64,000 bases of DNA from Clostridiales bacterium (GTDB lineage Bacteria > Bacillota > Clostridia > Christensenellales > CAG-138). The notes beneath the pieces were generated by a model. It did no database searches and was not told where the DNA came from. It saw only the letters and a list, made by a program, of their open reading frames with translations. Both the position numbers and the translations under genes were made by a program. Of this stretch, positions 48,620 to 57,534 are shown in pieces; position 1 is the first letter of the stretch, and each line of letters begins with the position of its first letter. The stretch covers positions 27,290 to 91,289 of the forward strand of contig SFDB01000003.1 of the NCBI GenBank assembly GCA_004558825.1, written 5' to 3'.

Positions 48620-49580
48620 ATTTATTCTTCCTTTCATTCAGTTCCGAGCGGTAGTAGTCGACAATGACTTCTGCAAGCTCATCCACAGTTCCGTAATCGA
48701 CAACGTCGAACCATTTTATGCGCTTATCGCGCTTAAACCACGTTATTTGCCGTTTAGCAAAATGACGTGTTTCGATTTTAATTCTGTTTATCGCTTCATC
48801 AATGCTGTAAACGCCGTTTTTCGCGGCTATCAACTGCTTGTAGCCGAGTCCCTGAAGTGCCGGGAGCGATTCATCATAGTTTTCGGTAATTAGATGATCT
48901 ACTTCGTTCATAAGGCCGGATTCCATCATCTTATCAACACGCTGCTCGATACGGCTGTATAAGAGCTCACGCGGCATCGTCAATCCCGCCATTATCGGAT
49001 CGTAATCGCCAATCGCCTGCTTTTCGTTTGAAAAATCGTTTCCGAACGCAGAGATTGGCTTTCCCGTATCGTTGTACACCTCGAGTGCCCGTATTAAGCG
49101 CTTTGTATCGTTTGCATGGAGTCTTGATGCCGTCTCAGGGTCGACCGACGAGAGCATTTTATGCAACGCGCCATGTTCGCTTTTTTCGATATCGGCGAGC
49201 TCCTTGCGCAGCGTTTCGTTTGGCTTTACATGCGCAAAATTGAGCGGATGCGTGAGCGCGTTTATATAGAGGCCTGTCCCGCCTACAATAAGCGGAGTTT
49301 TGCCTCGTAACGCGATATCACTTATATAGCCGTCAGCCATGCGCTTAAATGAAGCCACGCTATAATCCCTGTTATCAACTTCTATTTCGCCAATAAGGTA
49401 ATGCGGCACACCGTCCATTTCTTCGGCGCTTGGTTTGGCTGAGCCTATATCAAGCGTTTTATATGCCTGTATAGAGTCTGCTGAAATAATCTCGCAGTCA
49501 AGCATTTTAGCTATTTTTACTGAAACGGCCGTTTTGCCGCTCGCCGTAGGTCCGGTCAATATCAGAATAGTGTTCTTCAT
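48609..49580 (-). CDS. miaA: tRNA dimethylallyltransferase
   Basis: ILTGPTASGKT P-loop. ATG 49580 lies directly after the mutL stop. Confidence 0.9.
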   Translation of the reverse strand: MKNTILILTGPTASGKTAVSVKIAKMLDCEIISADSIQAYKTLDIGSAKPSAEEMDGVPHYLIGEIEVDNRDYSVASFKRMADGYISDIALRGKTPLIVGGTGLYINALTHPLNFAHVKPNETLRKELADIEKSEHGALHKMLSSVDPETASRLHANDTKRLIRALEVYNDTGKPISAFGNDFSNEKQAIGDYDPIMAGLTMPRELLYSRIEQRVDKMMESGLMNEVDHLITENYDESLPALQGLGYKQLIAAKNGVYSIDEAINRIKIETRHFAKRQITWFKRDKRIKWFDVVDYGTVDELAEVIVDYYRSELNERKNKYGE

Positions 49581-49581
49581 A

Positions 49582-51534
49582 CTATACGACCCGTTTGAAC
49601 ATTTTTTCAAAATCCTTTTTTGTCATCTTAACCATTACAGGCCTTCCGTGCGGACATGTAAGCGGCGCGCCGTTTGCCGAATAGTATTCTAGCAACGCTT
49701 GTATCTCTTCGTCAGATATTCTCTGCCCCGCCTTTATAGCATGTTTGCATGCTGATTGTATTAACGACGCACGCAGCAATTCCGATTGCGCCTTTTTGCC
49801 GAAACTGCGTATAGCGGCAACGGCATCGCTTATAAACGAACCAATATGCAAGCTGCCTATAAATGCCGGAACAGCACGCACGCTTATGGTCATAGCGCCG
49901 AAATCCTCAATGTCAAACCCGATAGTCTCAAGTTCGGACAGATTGTTTATTAAAGTATCATATTCGCGTGCATCTAACTTGACCGTTTGCGGTACGAGAA
50001 GCACTTGAGATTTGGGCTTTTCAGGGACATTGATATACTCATTGTAGAGCTTTCGTTCGTGCGCCGCATGCTGGTCAAGGAAAAACACGGTGTTGCCCTG
50101 CTCGATTATCCAATAAGTATCAAACAAACAGCCTTTGACTTCAAATTTTTCTTTTTCAAGGAGCGTTTCGTTTATCTGCGTCTGTTCGGCGGATACGGCG
50201 CGCTTCTTAATAAACACGGTCGGTACCGTTTCTTCGGATTCACCCATATCTGCAGCACGCGCGTGGAAAGGATTAAGCTCGTCGCGATTTGATTCCGACC
50301 TATAGCATGCTCGTAAATTGCTCACGCTGTACTCACTCAGCGTTGACGGGCGTTCGGCCGACAACATATTTCCCCATATTATCCCTTTATCCTCATTAAA
50401 GCTGTGAGGAATCGGTCTTATATCGGTCGAACGCCCGACGGTATTGTTAATTTTTGTTTCTTTTATTTCTGCGGATTCCGCAGATTTTGAGACCTCATTT
50501 GTTGCTGTTCTTATGCTCGTCTTCTCTATATCTGCATCAGCTATACCCGTATTAACGAGCGCTGCAAGCACCGTCTTTGTTACCGAATTACAAACGCGTT
50601 CTTCATTTTTGAAGCGTACGTCAAGTTTATTCGGATGAACGTTTACATCTATTTCATGGCTTGATATTGCTATATTTAACACTATGAACGGGAACTTGCC
50701 TTTCATAATGCGCGTTTCAAACGCACGTTGTACTGCATACGAAAGCTTTTGTGATTTAATATATCTTCCATTGACAACAAAAGATTGCTTTGCCCGCGTC
50801 GATTGTGATAAAGTCTCCGTACCTACATATCCCGTGATTTTTATGTACCCGTCGTCATATGAAAGTCTGCGTAAATTATCTATGACGCCTGAGCCGTAAA
50901 CAGCGTAGATGGCGTTAAAAAGATTACCGTCTCCCGCGCTTTTATAAACAGTGTTTCCGTTTTGAATAAGTGTGAAAGCTACGTTCGGTCTTGCCATAAT
51001 CATTCTCGCGATGTAATCTGCAATATATGCGGATTCGCTGCGCGGATTCTTTAAAAATTTCAGTCTGGCAGGAACATTAAAGAAAAGGTCGCGTATTTCT
51101 ACGGTCGTGCCTTCCGGGCAGCCGCATTGCGAAAGCTCTTTTTCTTCGCCGCCTTCTATCACAAATAAAGTACCATAATCGTTTCCATGTGTACGAGTCT
51201 TTATGCTAACGCGTGCGACGGACGCAATAGAAGCAAGCGCTTCGCCTCTAAATCCGAGCGTTGCTATTCTTTCAAGGTCGGTTGATTCGCTTATTTTGCT
51301 TGTTGCATGGCGCATAAATGCTGTTCTGACGTCGTCGGCATTTATGCCGCCGCCATTGTCGGCAACGCGAATATACTCGATTCCGCCCCCTGTTGTTTCA
51401 ACAGTCACAGATTTACTCATCGCGTCTATCGCATTTTCCACGAGTTCCTTCACAACAGAAGCCGGGCGTTCAATAACTTCGCCTGCAGCAATCTGATTAG
51501 AGACAAGCGTGGATAAAACTTTTATTCTTTTCAC
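49582..51534 (-). CDS. mutL: DNA mismatch repair protein MutL
   Basis: N-terminal GHKL ATPase (IAAGEVIERPASVVKELVENAIDA, GFRGEAL). Confidence 0.95.
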   Translation of the reverse strand: MKRIKVLSTLVSNQIAAGEVIERPASVVKELVENAIDAMSKSVTVETTGGGIEYIRVADNGGGINADDVRTAFMRHATSKISESTDLERIATLGFRGEALASIASVARVSIKTRTHGNDYGTLFVIEGGEEKELSQCGCPEGTTVEIRDLFFNVPARLKFLKNPRSESAYIADYIARMIMARPNVAFTLIQNGNTVYKSAGDGNLFNAIYAVYGSGVIDNLRRLSYDDGYIKITGYVGTETLSQSTRAKQSFVVNGRYIKSQKLSYAVQRAFETRIMKGKFPFIVLNIAISSHEIDVNVHPNKLDVRFKNEERVCNSVTKTVLAALVNTGIADADIEKTSIRTATNEVSKSAESAEIKETKINNTVGRSTDIRPIPHSFNEDKGIIWGNMLSAERPSTLSEYSVSNLRACYRSESNRDELNPFHARAADMGESEETVPTVFIKKRAVSAEQTQINETLLEKEKFEVKGCLFDTYWIIEQGNTVFFLDQHAAHERKLYNEYINVPEKPKSQVLLVPQTVKLDAREYDTLINNLSELETIGFDIEDFGAMTISVRAVPAFIGSLHIGSFISDAVAAIRSFGKKAQSELLRASLIQSACKHAIKAGQRISDEEIQALLEYYSANGAPLTCPHGRPVMVKMTKKDFEKMFKRVV

Positions 51535-54128
51535 GGTTCATCCCTCTTGATTTTGTCACTTAGCTCCGTAAGCATGCAGAGCGCTTCAAGCGGAGTAAGT
51601 TTATTGGTATTCAGTGACATCAGCGTGCTGAAAACCTCGGATTGTATTTTTGTCAGCGCTTTTTTCTGATCAGATGCAGCAAGCGATGTTGCCGCGCTGC
51701 CGACATCTCTTTCTTCAAGCGTTTTCAATATCTCCTTAGCCCTGTATACTACCGAGTCCGGTAAACCGGCAATTTGAGCGACTTGTATTCCGAAGCTCTT
51801 GTCCGCGCTGCCTCGCACAATTCGATGGAGGAATACTACTCTCTCCCCCACCTCTTTCACCGCTACCCTGTAATTCTTCACACCGTCGAGCTTTCCCTCA
51901 AGCTCCGAAAGCTCATGATAATGTGTTGCGAACAAGGCTTTTGCGCCGCATTTTGACTTGTCGGCAATATGCTCAAGTACCGCCCATGCAATGCTCAGAC
52001 CATCGAACGTACTTGTTCCGCGCCCTATCTCGTCGAGCACAAGCAAGCTCTTTGATGTGGCATTATTCAGTATATTTGACACTTCACTCATTTCTACCAT
52101 GAAAGTGCTTTGCCCGGAAGCTACGTTGTCCGACGCACCCACGCGAGTGAATATTCTGTCAACGACACATATATCCGCCGACTGTGCCGGCACAAATGAG
52201 CCGATATGAGCCATAAGCGTTATCAGCGCCACCTGTCGCATATATGTGCTCTTCCCGGCCATGTTCGGACCGGTTATAATCGCAAGCCTGTCGCTCTCGC
52301 CGTTCAGAAGCGTTCCATTCGGCACAAATGAGTCCATGTGCATGGACTCGACAACGGGATGACGGCCATTCACGATGTTAATCACGCCCGTGTCATTCAT
52401 CGTTGGCTTGCAGTAGTTAAACATGACCGCCGCCGTCGCAAGTGATTGACACACGTCTACGCGTGCGATAAGCTCGGACATATCCTGCAAGCGCCGTATA
52501 CATTCGAGCAAAAATTGACGTATGCCTGTGAAAATCTCGTATTCAAGCGCCATGCACTTTTCTTCGGCGCCGACTATTGTCTCCTCTATTTCTCTCAGTT
52601 TCGGTGTCGTGTAGCGTTCGGCATTTGCAAGCGTTTGGCGGCGCTGATAATCATACGGGACAAGGTGCTGATACGATTTTGTTACTTCGATGTAGTAACC
52701 AAATACGCGGTTATACTTTATTTTCAGCGTTTTTATGCCCGTGCGCTCGCGCTCCTCTGCTTCAAGCTTTGCAAGCCACTCCTTGCCGTTCGACGATGCG
52801 TCACGCAAGCGGTCTATTTCTTCATTGTATCCTTGCCTGATTATGCCGCCATCCTTTACGCCTATTGGCGGTTCATCACCAATAGCATCGGTAAGCAACA
52901 TACAAACATCTTCCATGCAGTCAAACTTTTCGGCAATCTCGCGAATCTCATTCGAATGGAACTGCGTTATCGTCTCATAAACGGCCGGAAGGTTTGAAAG
53001 CGAGTTTTTCAATGCCTCGCATTCGCGCGGGTTTATACTGGCATAAGCTATTTTGCTGCTCAAGCGCTCGATGTCGTATATTCCTCCGAGCTCGGCGATA
53101 AGCTTGTCACGCAGGACGGGGCTGTTAACTATATCTTCAACCGCATCGAGCCTTGCATTTATTTGACATATATCGGTAAGCGGCTGCTCAATGCGGTTTT
53201 TAAGCAGCCTTGCACCCATAGACGTTTTCGTTCTGTCGAGCAAATATATAAGAGTATTCTTTTTGCTGCCGTCAAATCTCAACGGCCGAGTAAGCTCGAG
53301 ATTTGTTCGTGTAGACGCATCAAGCTGCAAAAAGCTGCTGCGCAAATACGGAAGCAGCTTTTTTATATGGGCTAATGTGTTTTTCTGCGTCTCCTCAAGG
53401 TAAAAAAGCAAAGCGCCGGCTGCACCTATAGACGGGCCGCTTTCTTTTTCAAAGCCGAAACCCTTTAATGAAGCTACGTTAAAATGCTTCAAAAGCTCTC
53501 TCAGCGCTCTTGCGTTTGTAAAATCCGAATCAGATCGCTTCTCGATAAAGTATGCTCCCTTTAGCTCTGACAGTATCGTCGCAGCATACTCGTTTACTAC
53601 AACCTCGCGCGGGTTCAGCTTTGCAAGCTCGTCTTTAAGCTCGGTATATGTCTCGTCGCAGGTGAACTGCGTTGTATAAAAACCACCCGTTGATACGTCA
53701 GCATAGGCAAGGCCTATATTTACGCCTACAGCGCATATTGAGGCAATATAGCAATTCTGCTTATCATCGAGCATGCTTTCTTCGATGACTGTTCCGGGCG
53801 TAATTATTCGGATTACATCCCTTTCCACAAGCCCTTTTGTGAGTCTAGGATCCGTAAGCTGCTCGCATATGGCAACCTTGTAACCCTTTTCAACAAGTCT
53901 GCTTATGTATCCGTCTACTGCATGGTACGGCACGCCGCACATTGGAGCGCGTTCACTTAAACCACAATCTCTGCCGGTCAAAAAAAGATCCAGCTCGCGC
54001 GAGGCGGTTTTTGCATCGTCAAAAAACATCTCGTAAAAATCACCGAGGCGAAACATAAGGATGCAATCTTTGTGTTTTTCCTTTAGTTCGAGATACTGCC
54101 GCATTAACGGCGTAAGCGATTTGTTCAT
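51531..54128 (-). CDS. mutS: DNA mismatch repair protein MutS
   Basis: TPLMRQYLELKEKH N-terminus, Walker A GPNMAGKST, 865 aa. Confidence 0.95.
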   Translation of the reverse strand: MNKSLTPLMRQYLELKEKHKDCILMFRLGDFYEMFFDDAKTASRELDLFLTGRDCGLSERAPMCGVPYHAVDGYISRLVEKGYKVAICEQLTDPRLTKGLVERDVIRIITPGTVIEESMLDDKQNCYIASICAVGVNIGLAYADVSTGGFYTTQFTCDETYTELKDELAKLNPREVVVNEYAATILSELKGAYFIEKRSDSDFTNARALRELLKHFNVASLKGFGFEKESGPSIGAAGALLFYLEETQKNTLAHIKKLLPYLRSSFLQLDASTRTNLELTRPLRFDGSKKNTLIYLLDRTKTSMGARLLKNRIEQPLTDICQINARLDAVEDIVNSPVLRDKLIAELGGIYDIERLSSKIAYASINPRECEALKNSLSNLPAVYETITQFHSNEIREIAEKFDCMEDVCMLLTDAIGDEPPIGVKDGGIIRQGYNEEIDRLRDASSNGKEWLAKLEAEERERTGIKTLKIKYNRVFGYYIEVTKSYQHLVPYDYQRRQTLANAERYTTPKLREIEETIVGAEEKCMALEYEIFTGIRQFLLECIRRLQDMSELIARVDVCQSLATAAVMFNYCKPTMNDTGVINIVNGRHPVVESMHMDSFVPNGTLLNGESDRLAIITGPNMAGKSTYMRQVALITLMAHIGSFVPAQSADICVVDRIFTRVGASDNVASGQSTFMVEMSEVSNILNNATSKSLLVLDEIGRGTSTFDGLSIAWAVLEHIADKSKCGAKALFATHYHELSELEGKLDGVKNYRVAVKEVGERVVFLHRIVRGSADKSFGIQVAQIAGLPDSVVYRAKEILKTLEERDVGSAATSLAASDQKKALTKIQSEVFSTLMSLNTNKLTPLEALCMLTELSDKIKRDEP

Positions 54129-54140
54129 GTTGAAAGCTCC

Positions 54141-55541
54141 CTATTGAACAACGCGTCCTATAAGCGAATTGTTCGTCGTGTCGATTATTTCGACTTTTAT
54201 AAGCCTTCCGACCATATCTGATGAACCTTTGAAGTATACGGCTTTGAAGTTTGAAAGTTTACCTCTCAGCCATATATCGCCGTCGCGCTCGTCATAGCCT
54301 TCGACAAGGACATCGCCGACGCTGCCTATAAACTTCACATTGTTTTTCTTCAGTATGTGGGCCTCAAGTTCGTTAAGTTCCAAAAGCCGACGTTTCTTTT
54401 CGGAAGGATCTATCATTCCGTCCATTTTGGCGGCAACGGTGCCTTTTCGCGGCGAATACATAAACGTATACGCCGTTGAAAATCCCACAGTTTCCACGAG
54501 ACTCAAGGTCTGTTCAAAGTCCTCTCTCGTCTCGCCCGGGAAGCCTACGATTATATCCGTGCTTATTTCAACGCCTTTAACCCTGTCGCGAAGGGCCTCT
54601 ACGAGCGAGAGATATTTCTCCCGCGTGTATCGTCTGTTCATTTTCTCGAGTATGCGGTTGCTCCCCGACTGCACAGGCAAATGAATATGCTTACACACCT
54701 TGCCGCACTCGGCCATAGCATCGATTAGTTCAGACGACAGATCCTTGGGGTGTGACGTCATGAACCTTATTCTCTTTATCCCGTTTATTTCGTTAAGCAT
54801 CCTCAAAAGCTGCGGGAATGTAACATCTGAATCGGGTGACCTATAAGAGTTCACATTTTGACCGAGCAGGGTTATCTCGATAAATCCTTGATTCGCAAGC
54901 TCTTCAACCTCATTAATTATGTTTATATGACTGCGAGATCTCTCCCTGCCGCGAACATAAGGTACTATGCAGTACGAACAGAAATTGTTACAGCCAAACA
55001 TAATGTTCACGTTTGTAGAGAACACTCCATCGCGTTTTATGGGTATCCCTTCCGGAACATTTTCCGCGCCGTCTATATTAAGGACGCGTTCCCCGTGCAA
55101 AACCGATTCGAGCATACTCGGAAACTGTGTGAGCTGATGCGTTCCGAATACGATATCGACAAAACGAAATCGTTTGAAAAGCCGCTTTGCGACCTCTTCC
55201 TGCTGCGTCATGCATCCACACACGCCTATTATTAGCGTAGGCTTTTTCTCCTTTAGCTCACGCAACGCTCCGACATTGCCGAAAACTCTCAACTCGGCAT
55301 GTTCACGCACGCAGCATGTATTAAAAAGTATTATATCGGCCTCTTCCTTTACGGCAGCTTTAATGTACCCCGCCTCTTCAAGCATGCCGGCGATACGTTC
55401 GGAATCGTGGCTGTTCATTTGACACCCGAACGACTCAATATAATACCTATACTCCATATCTTTATGAAGCTCCTTTATGCGTAAAAGCGTCATCCTGTTA
55501 AGAGTGTTCATTTTGTCAGCAAGTAACGTCTCGTTGCCCAT
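54141..55541 (-). CDS. miaB: tRNA-2-methylthio-N6-dimethylallyladenosine synthase
   Basis: UPF0004 domain (FGCQMN), radical-SAM CNNFCSYCIVP, C-terminal TRAM. ATG 55541 has AAAGGGG upstream. Confidence 0.9.
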   Translation of the reverse strand: MGNETLLADKMNTLNRMTLLRIKELHKDMEYRYYIESFGCQMNSHDSERIAGMLEEAGYIKAAVKEEADIILFNTCCVREHAELRVFGNVGALRELKEKKPTLIIGVCGCMTQQEEVAKRLFKRFRFVDIVFGTHQLTQFPSMLESVLHGERVLNIDGAENVPEGIPIKRDGVFSTNVNIMFGCNNFCSYCIVPYVRGRERSRSHINIINEVEELANQGFIEITLLGQNVNSYRSPDSDVTFPQLLRMLNEINGIKRIRFMTSHPKDLSSELIDAMAECGKVCKHIHLPVQSGSNRILEKMNRRYTREKYLSLVEALRDRVKGVEISTDIIVGFPGETREDFEQTLSLVETVGFSTAYTFMYSPRKGTVAAKMDGMIDPSEKKRRLLELNELEAHILKKNNVKFIGSVGDVLVEGYDERDGDIWLRGKLSNFKAVYFKGSSDMVGRLIKVEIIDTTNNSLIGRVVQ

Positions 55542-55569
55542 ATATACCCCTTTTAATTTTATCATGTAT

Positions 55570-55598
55570 ATTGTAATAAAAAAATGGTGATAAATCAA
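55570..55598 (-). promoter_or_regulatory. miaB promoter
   Basis: Minus strand: TTGATT, 17-nt spacer, TACAAT. Confidence 0.5.
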
Positions 55599-55751
55599 GT
55601 CACACAGCATCCTACAAGTTTGTGCAGTAATTTGCTGCTTACCATTTTCGTATGTACAGCGCGATTGTCTCGTAAGCACTGCTTACAAAGATTCCGCCGT
55701 GCGCCTGTCAATGGATTCGAGAAAACATCCTGCATAGCTAACTTTCGGATT

Positions 55752-55800
55752 ATATAAAAAGAACGCACAACAACCATTACAGCTTGTTGTGTGTTCTTTC
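55752..55800 (-). terminator. intrinsic terminator downstream of the 37-codon ORF
   Basis: Minus strand: AAAGAACACACAACAA...TTGTTGTGCGTTCTTT (16-bp stem) followed by TTTATATAA. Confidence 0.75.
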
Positions 55801-55986
55801 CTTTCTGTCGGAACTGCTCTCGGATGTCACTCAAATGCTTTATAATCCGTAAGCAAATGCCCCAAAACATCCATATTCTTTTAACATACCTGCTTCAATC
55901 CGGAGACGTCTGCTCGACGCTAAAAGAAATGGACTTTTTTGGAGCACTCACTTTCCTGATTGATTCTGCAATTGAGCAGATCACAT

Positions 55987-56100
55987 TCAAGGAATCCAAG
56001 GACTCCAGTTGCCGCTCATGACGGGTTCAGGATCTACAACATTTACCTCGTCCATGACTTCGAAGCGCACTACTTCCATTTCGGGAGCTATATATTTCAT
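55987..56100 (-). CDS. unannotated small ORF, 37 aa: MKYIAPEMEVVRFEVMDEVNVVDPEPVMSGNWSPWIP
   Basis: AGGAGG lies 8 nt before the ATG, with a consensus promoter upstream and a terminator downstream. It falls below the 60-aa cut-off of the supplied track. Confidence 0.6.
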   Translation of the reverse strand: MKYIAPEMEVVRFEVMDEVNVVDPEPVMSGNWSPWIP

Positions 56101-56135
56101 ATCGTCATCCTCCTTTCTCGTATTATACTGTTGAA

Positions 56136-56164
56136 ATTATATACTTCGGCATCAAATAAGTCAA
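56136..56164 (-). promoter_or_regulatory. promoter of the 37-codon ORF
   Basis: Minus strand: TTGACT, 17-nt spacer, TATAAT. Confidence 0.65.
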
Positions 56165-56573
56165 TCAAATCACAAAAATGCATTCAATTATTATGAATTT
56201 TTTTCACAGCTCAGTTTATCAACGATGTAATTGCAATTCGCATGATATGTCTTAGGTATATACGTCCGTAACAAACTTTTGCTTTCCAAACGCAAAGCGT
56301 ATCACTGATAAATTCCGTATAAAGAAGCTGTTGCCGGAAGCAATGGACTAAGTGCGTCGAAGCAAGCAGCGCAAGACAACGTGCAAAATCAATGCTATGG
56401 CTCGAGAGCTATTGATTATTCCCGAATCTCGTCAGGCTGAGACACAGTCAGGAAAGATGGCAGAGCTTTCAAAGCGGGTTCCCAAGACGGAAAGAGCGTA
56501 AGCGTACCGCGTTATGCAGGCAGCACAGGCTCTCTATATGAATGCCGAACGCTTAAAGAAACTCAAACCAACT

Positions 56574-56610
56574 TAAAAAAACGGCGCGACTTTCGTGGTC
56601 ACGCCGTTTG
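56574..56610 (-). terminator. intrinsic terminator after folD (structurally bidirectional)
   Basis: Minus strand: ACGGCG...CGCCGT followed by TTTTTTTAAG. Confidence 0.8.
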
Positions 56611-56665
56611 TATATTGAACTGTCTAACGGACACCGGCCCAACATCGCACCGTTCTTATAACGCT

Positions 56666-57514
56666 TTATTGTGCTTTATCGCAGGCTGCTTCAACCGTAT
56701 TCTTTATAAGCATTGCTATTGTCATAGGTCCGACTCCGCCGGGGACGGGCGTTATAAAATCAGCTATTTCAGATACCTCATCGAAACGAACGTCGCCCCA
56801 CACCTTGCCGTCAACGCGCGTGTTTCCCACGTCGACGACTATTGCGCCCTCTTTAACCATATCGCCCCGTATAAGTCCCTTGCATCCTACCGCCGAAACG
56901 AGTATATCGGCAGTATGCGTATATGAAGCAAGATCTACTGTTTTTGAATGGCAGACCGTTACCGTTGCATCCGCATTTAGTAACAAGAGTGCAAGCGGCG
57001 TACCGACAACCATGCTTCGGCCGACAATTACGGCATGTTTTCCCGCTATTGCGCATCCCGTCTCCGCAATCAGCTCCATAATTCCGCGCGGCGTACATGG
57101 CGTTATTCCTGTCATCCTGTTTGTCAACTTTCCGGAGTTCACCAAATGGAATCCGTCAACATCCTTTTCGGGGATTATAAGCTCGAGCACAATATTGGCG
57201 TCTATATGCGCTGGCAGAGGGAGCTGTACCATTATTCCGTGGACATCGTCGCTTTTGTTAAGACTGTCTATTAAACCTTCGATCTCGCACTGCGGCACAT
57301 CAGCAGGAAGCCTGAAAACGCGGCAGTCTACACCCACCGACTTGGCGGTACGCTCTTTTAGAGAAACATATCCGACAGAAGCAGGATCATCGCCTGCAAG
57401 TATTATGGCGAGGCAAGGCGTAATGTTTTTCTTCTTAAGCTCAAATATTGTTTCGGACATTTTGGCGTATTGCTTTTTCGCCACGTCACGTCCGTTTATT
57501 ACCGTTGCTCTCAT
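56666..57514 (-). CDS. folD: bifunctional methylenetetrahydrofolate dehydrogenase/methenyl-THF cyclohydrolase
   Basis: 282 aa with PCLAIILAGDDPAS..., VQLPLP and GRSMVVGTPLALLL motifs. Confidence 0.95.
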   Translation of the reverse strand: MRATVINGRDVAKKQYAKMSETIFELKKKNITPCLAIILAGDDPASVGYVSLKERTAKSVGVDCRVFRLPADVPQCEIEGLIDSLNKSDDVHGIMVQLPLPAHIDANIVLELIIPEKDVDGFHLVNSGKLTNRMTGITPCTPRGIMELIAETGCAIAGKHAVIVGRSMVVGTPLALLLLNADATVTVCHSKTVDLASYTHTADILVSAVGCKGLIRGDMVKEGAIVVDVGNTRVDGKVWGDVRFDEVSEIADFITPVPGGVGPMTIAMLIKNTVEAACDKAQ

Positions 57515-57534
57515 TGTGTTACCTCTTTCGCATA

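Noticed and set aside
54141-55541. MiaB as the radical-SAM maturase of the adjacent 37-aa peptide
   Set aside because: It has the full UPF0004/rSAM/TRAM architecture of the housekeeping tRNA methylthiotransferase, its own promoter, and a terminator separating it from the peptide gene. It has no SPASM or RRE domain.
55595-55870. 91-aa minus-strand ORF between the peptide gene and miaB
   Set aside because: It reads straight through the 16-bp terminator hairpin and the miaB promoter, and it has no RBS.
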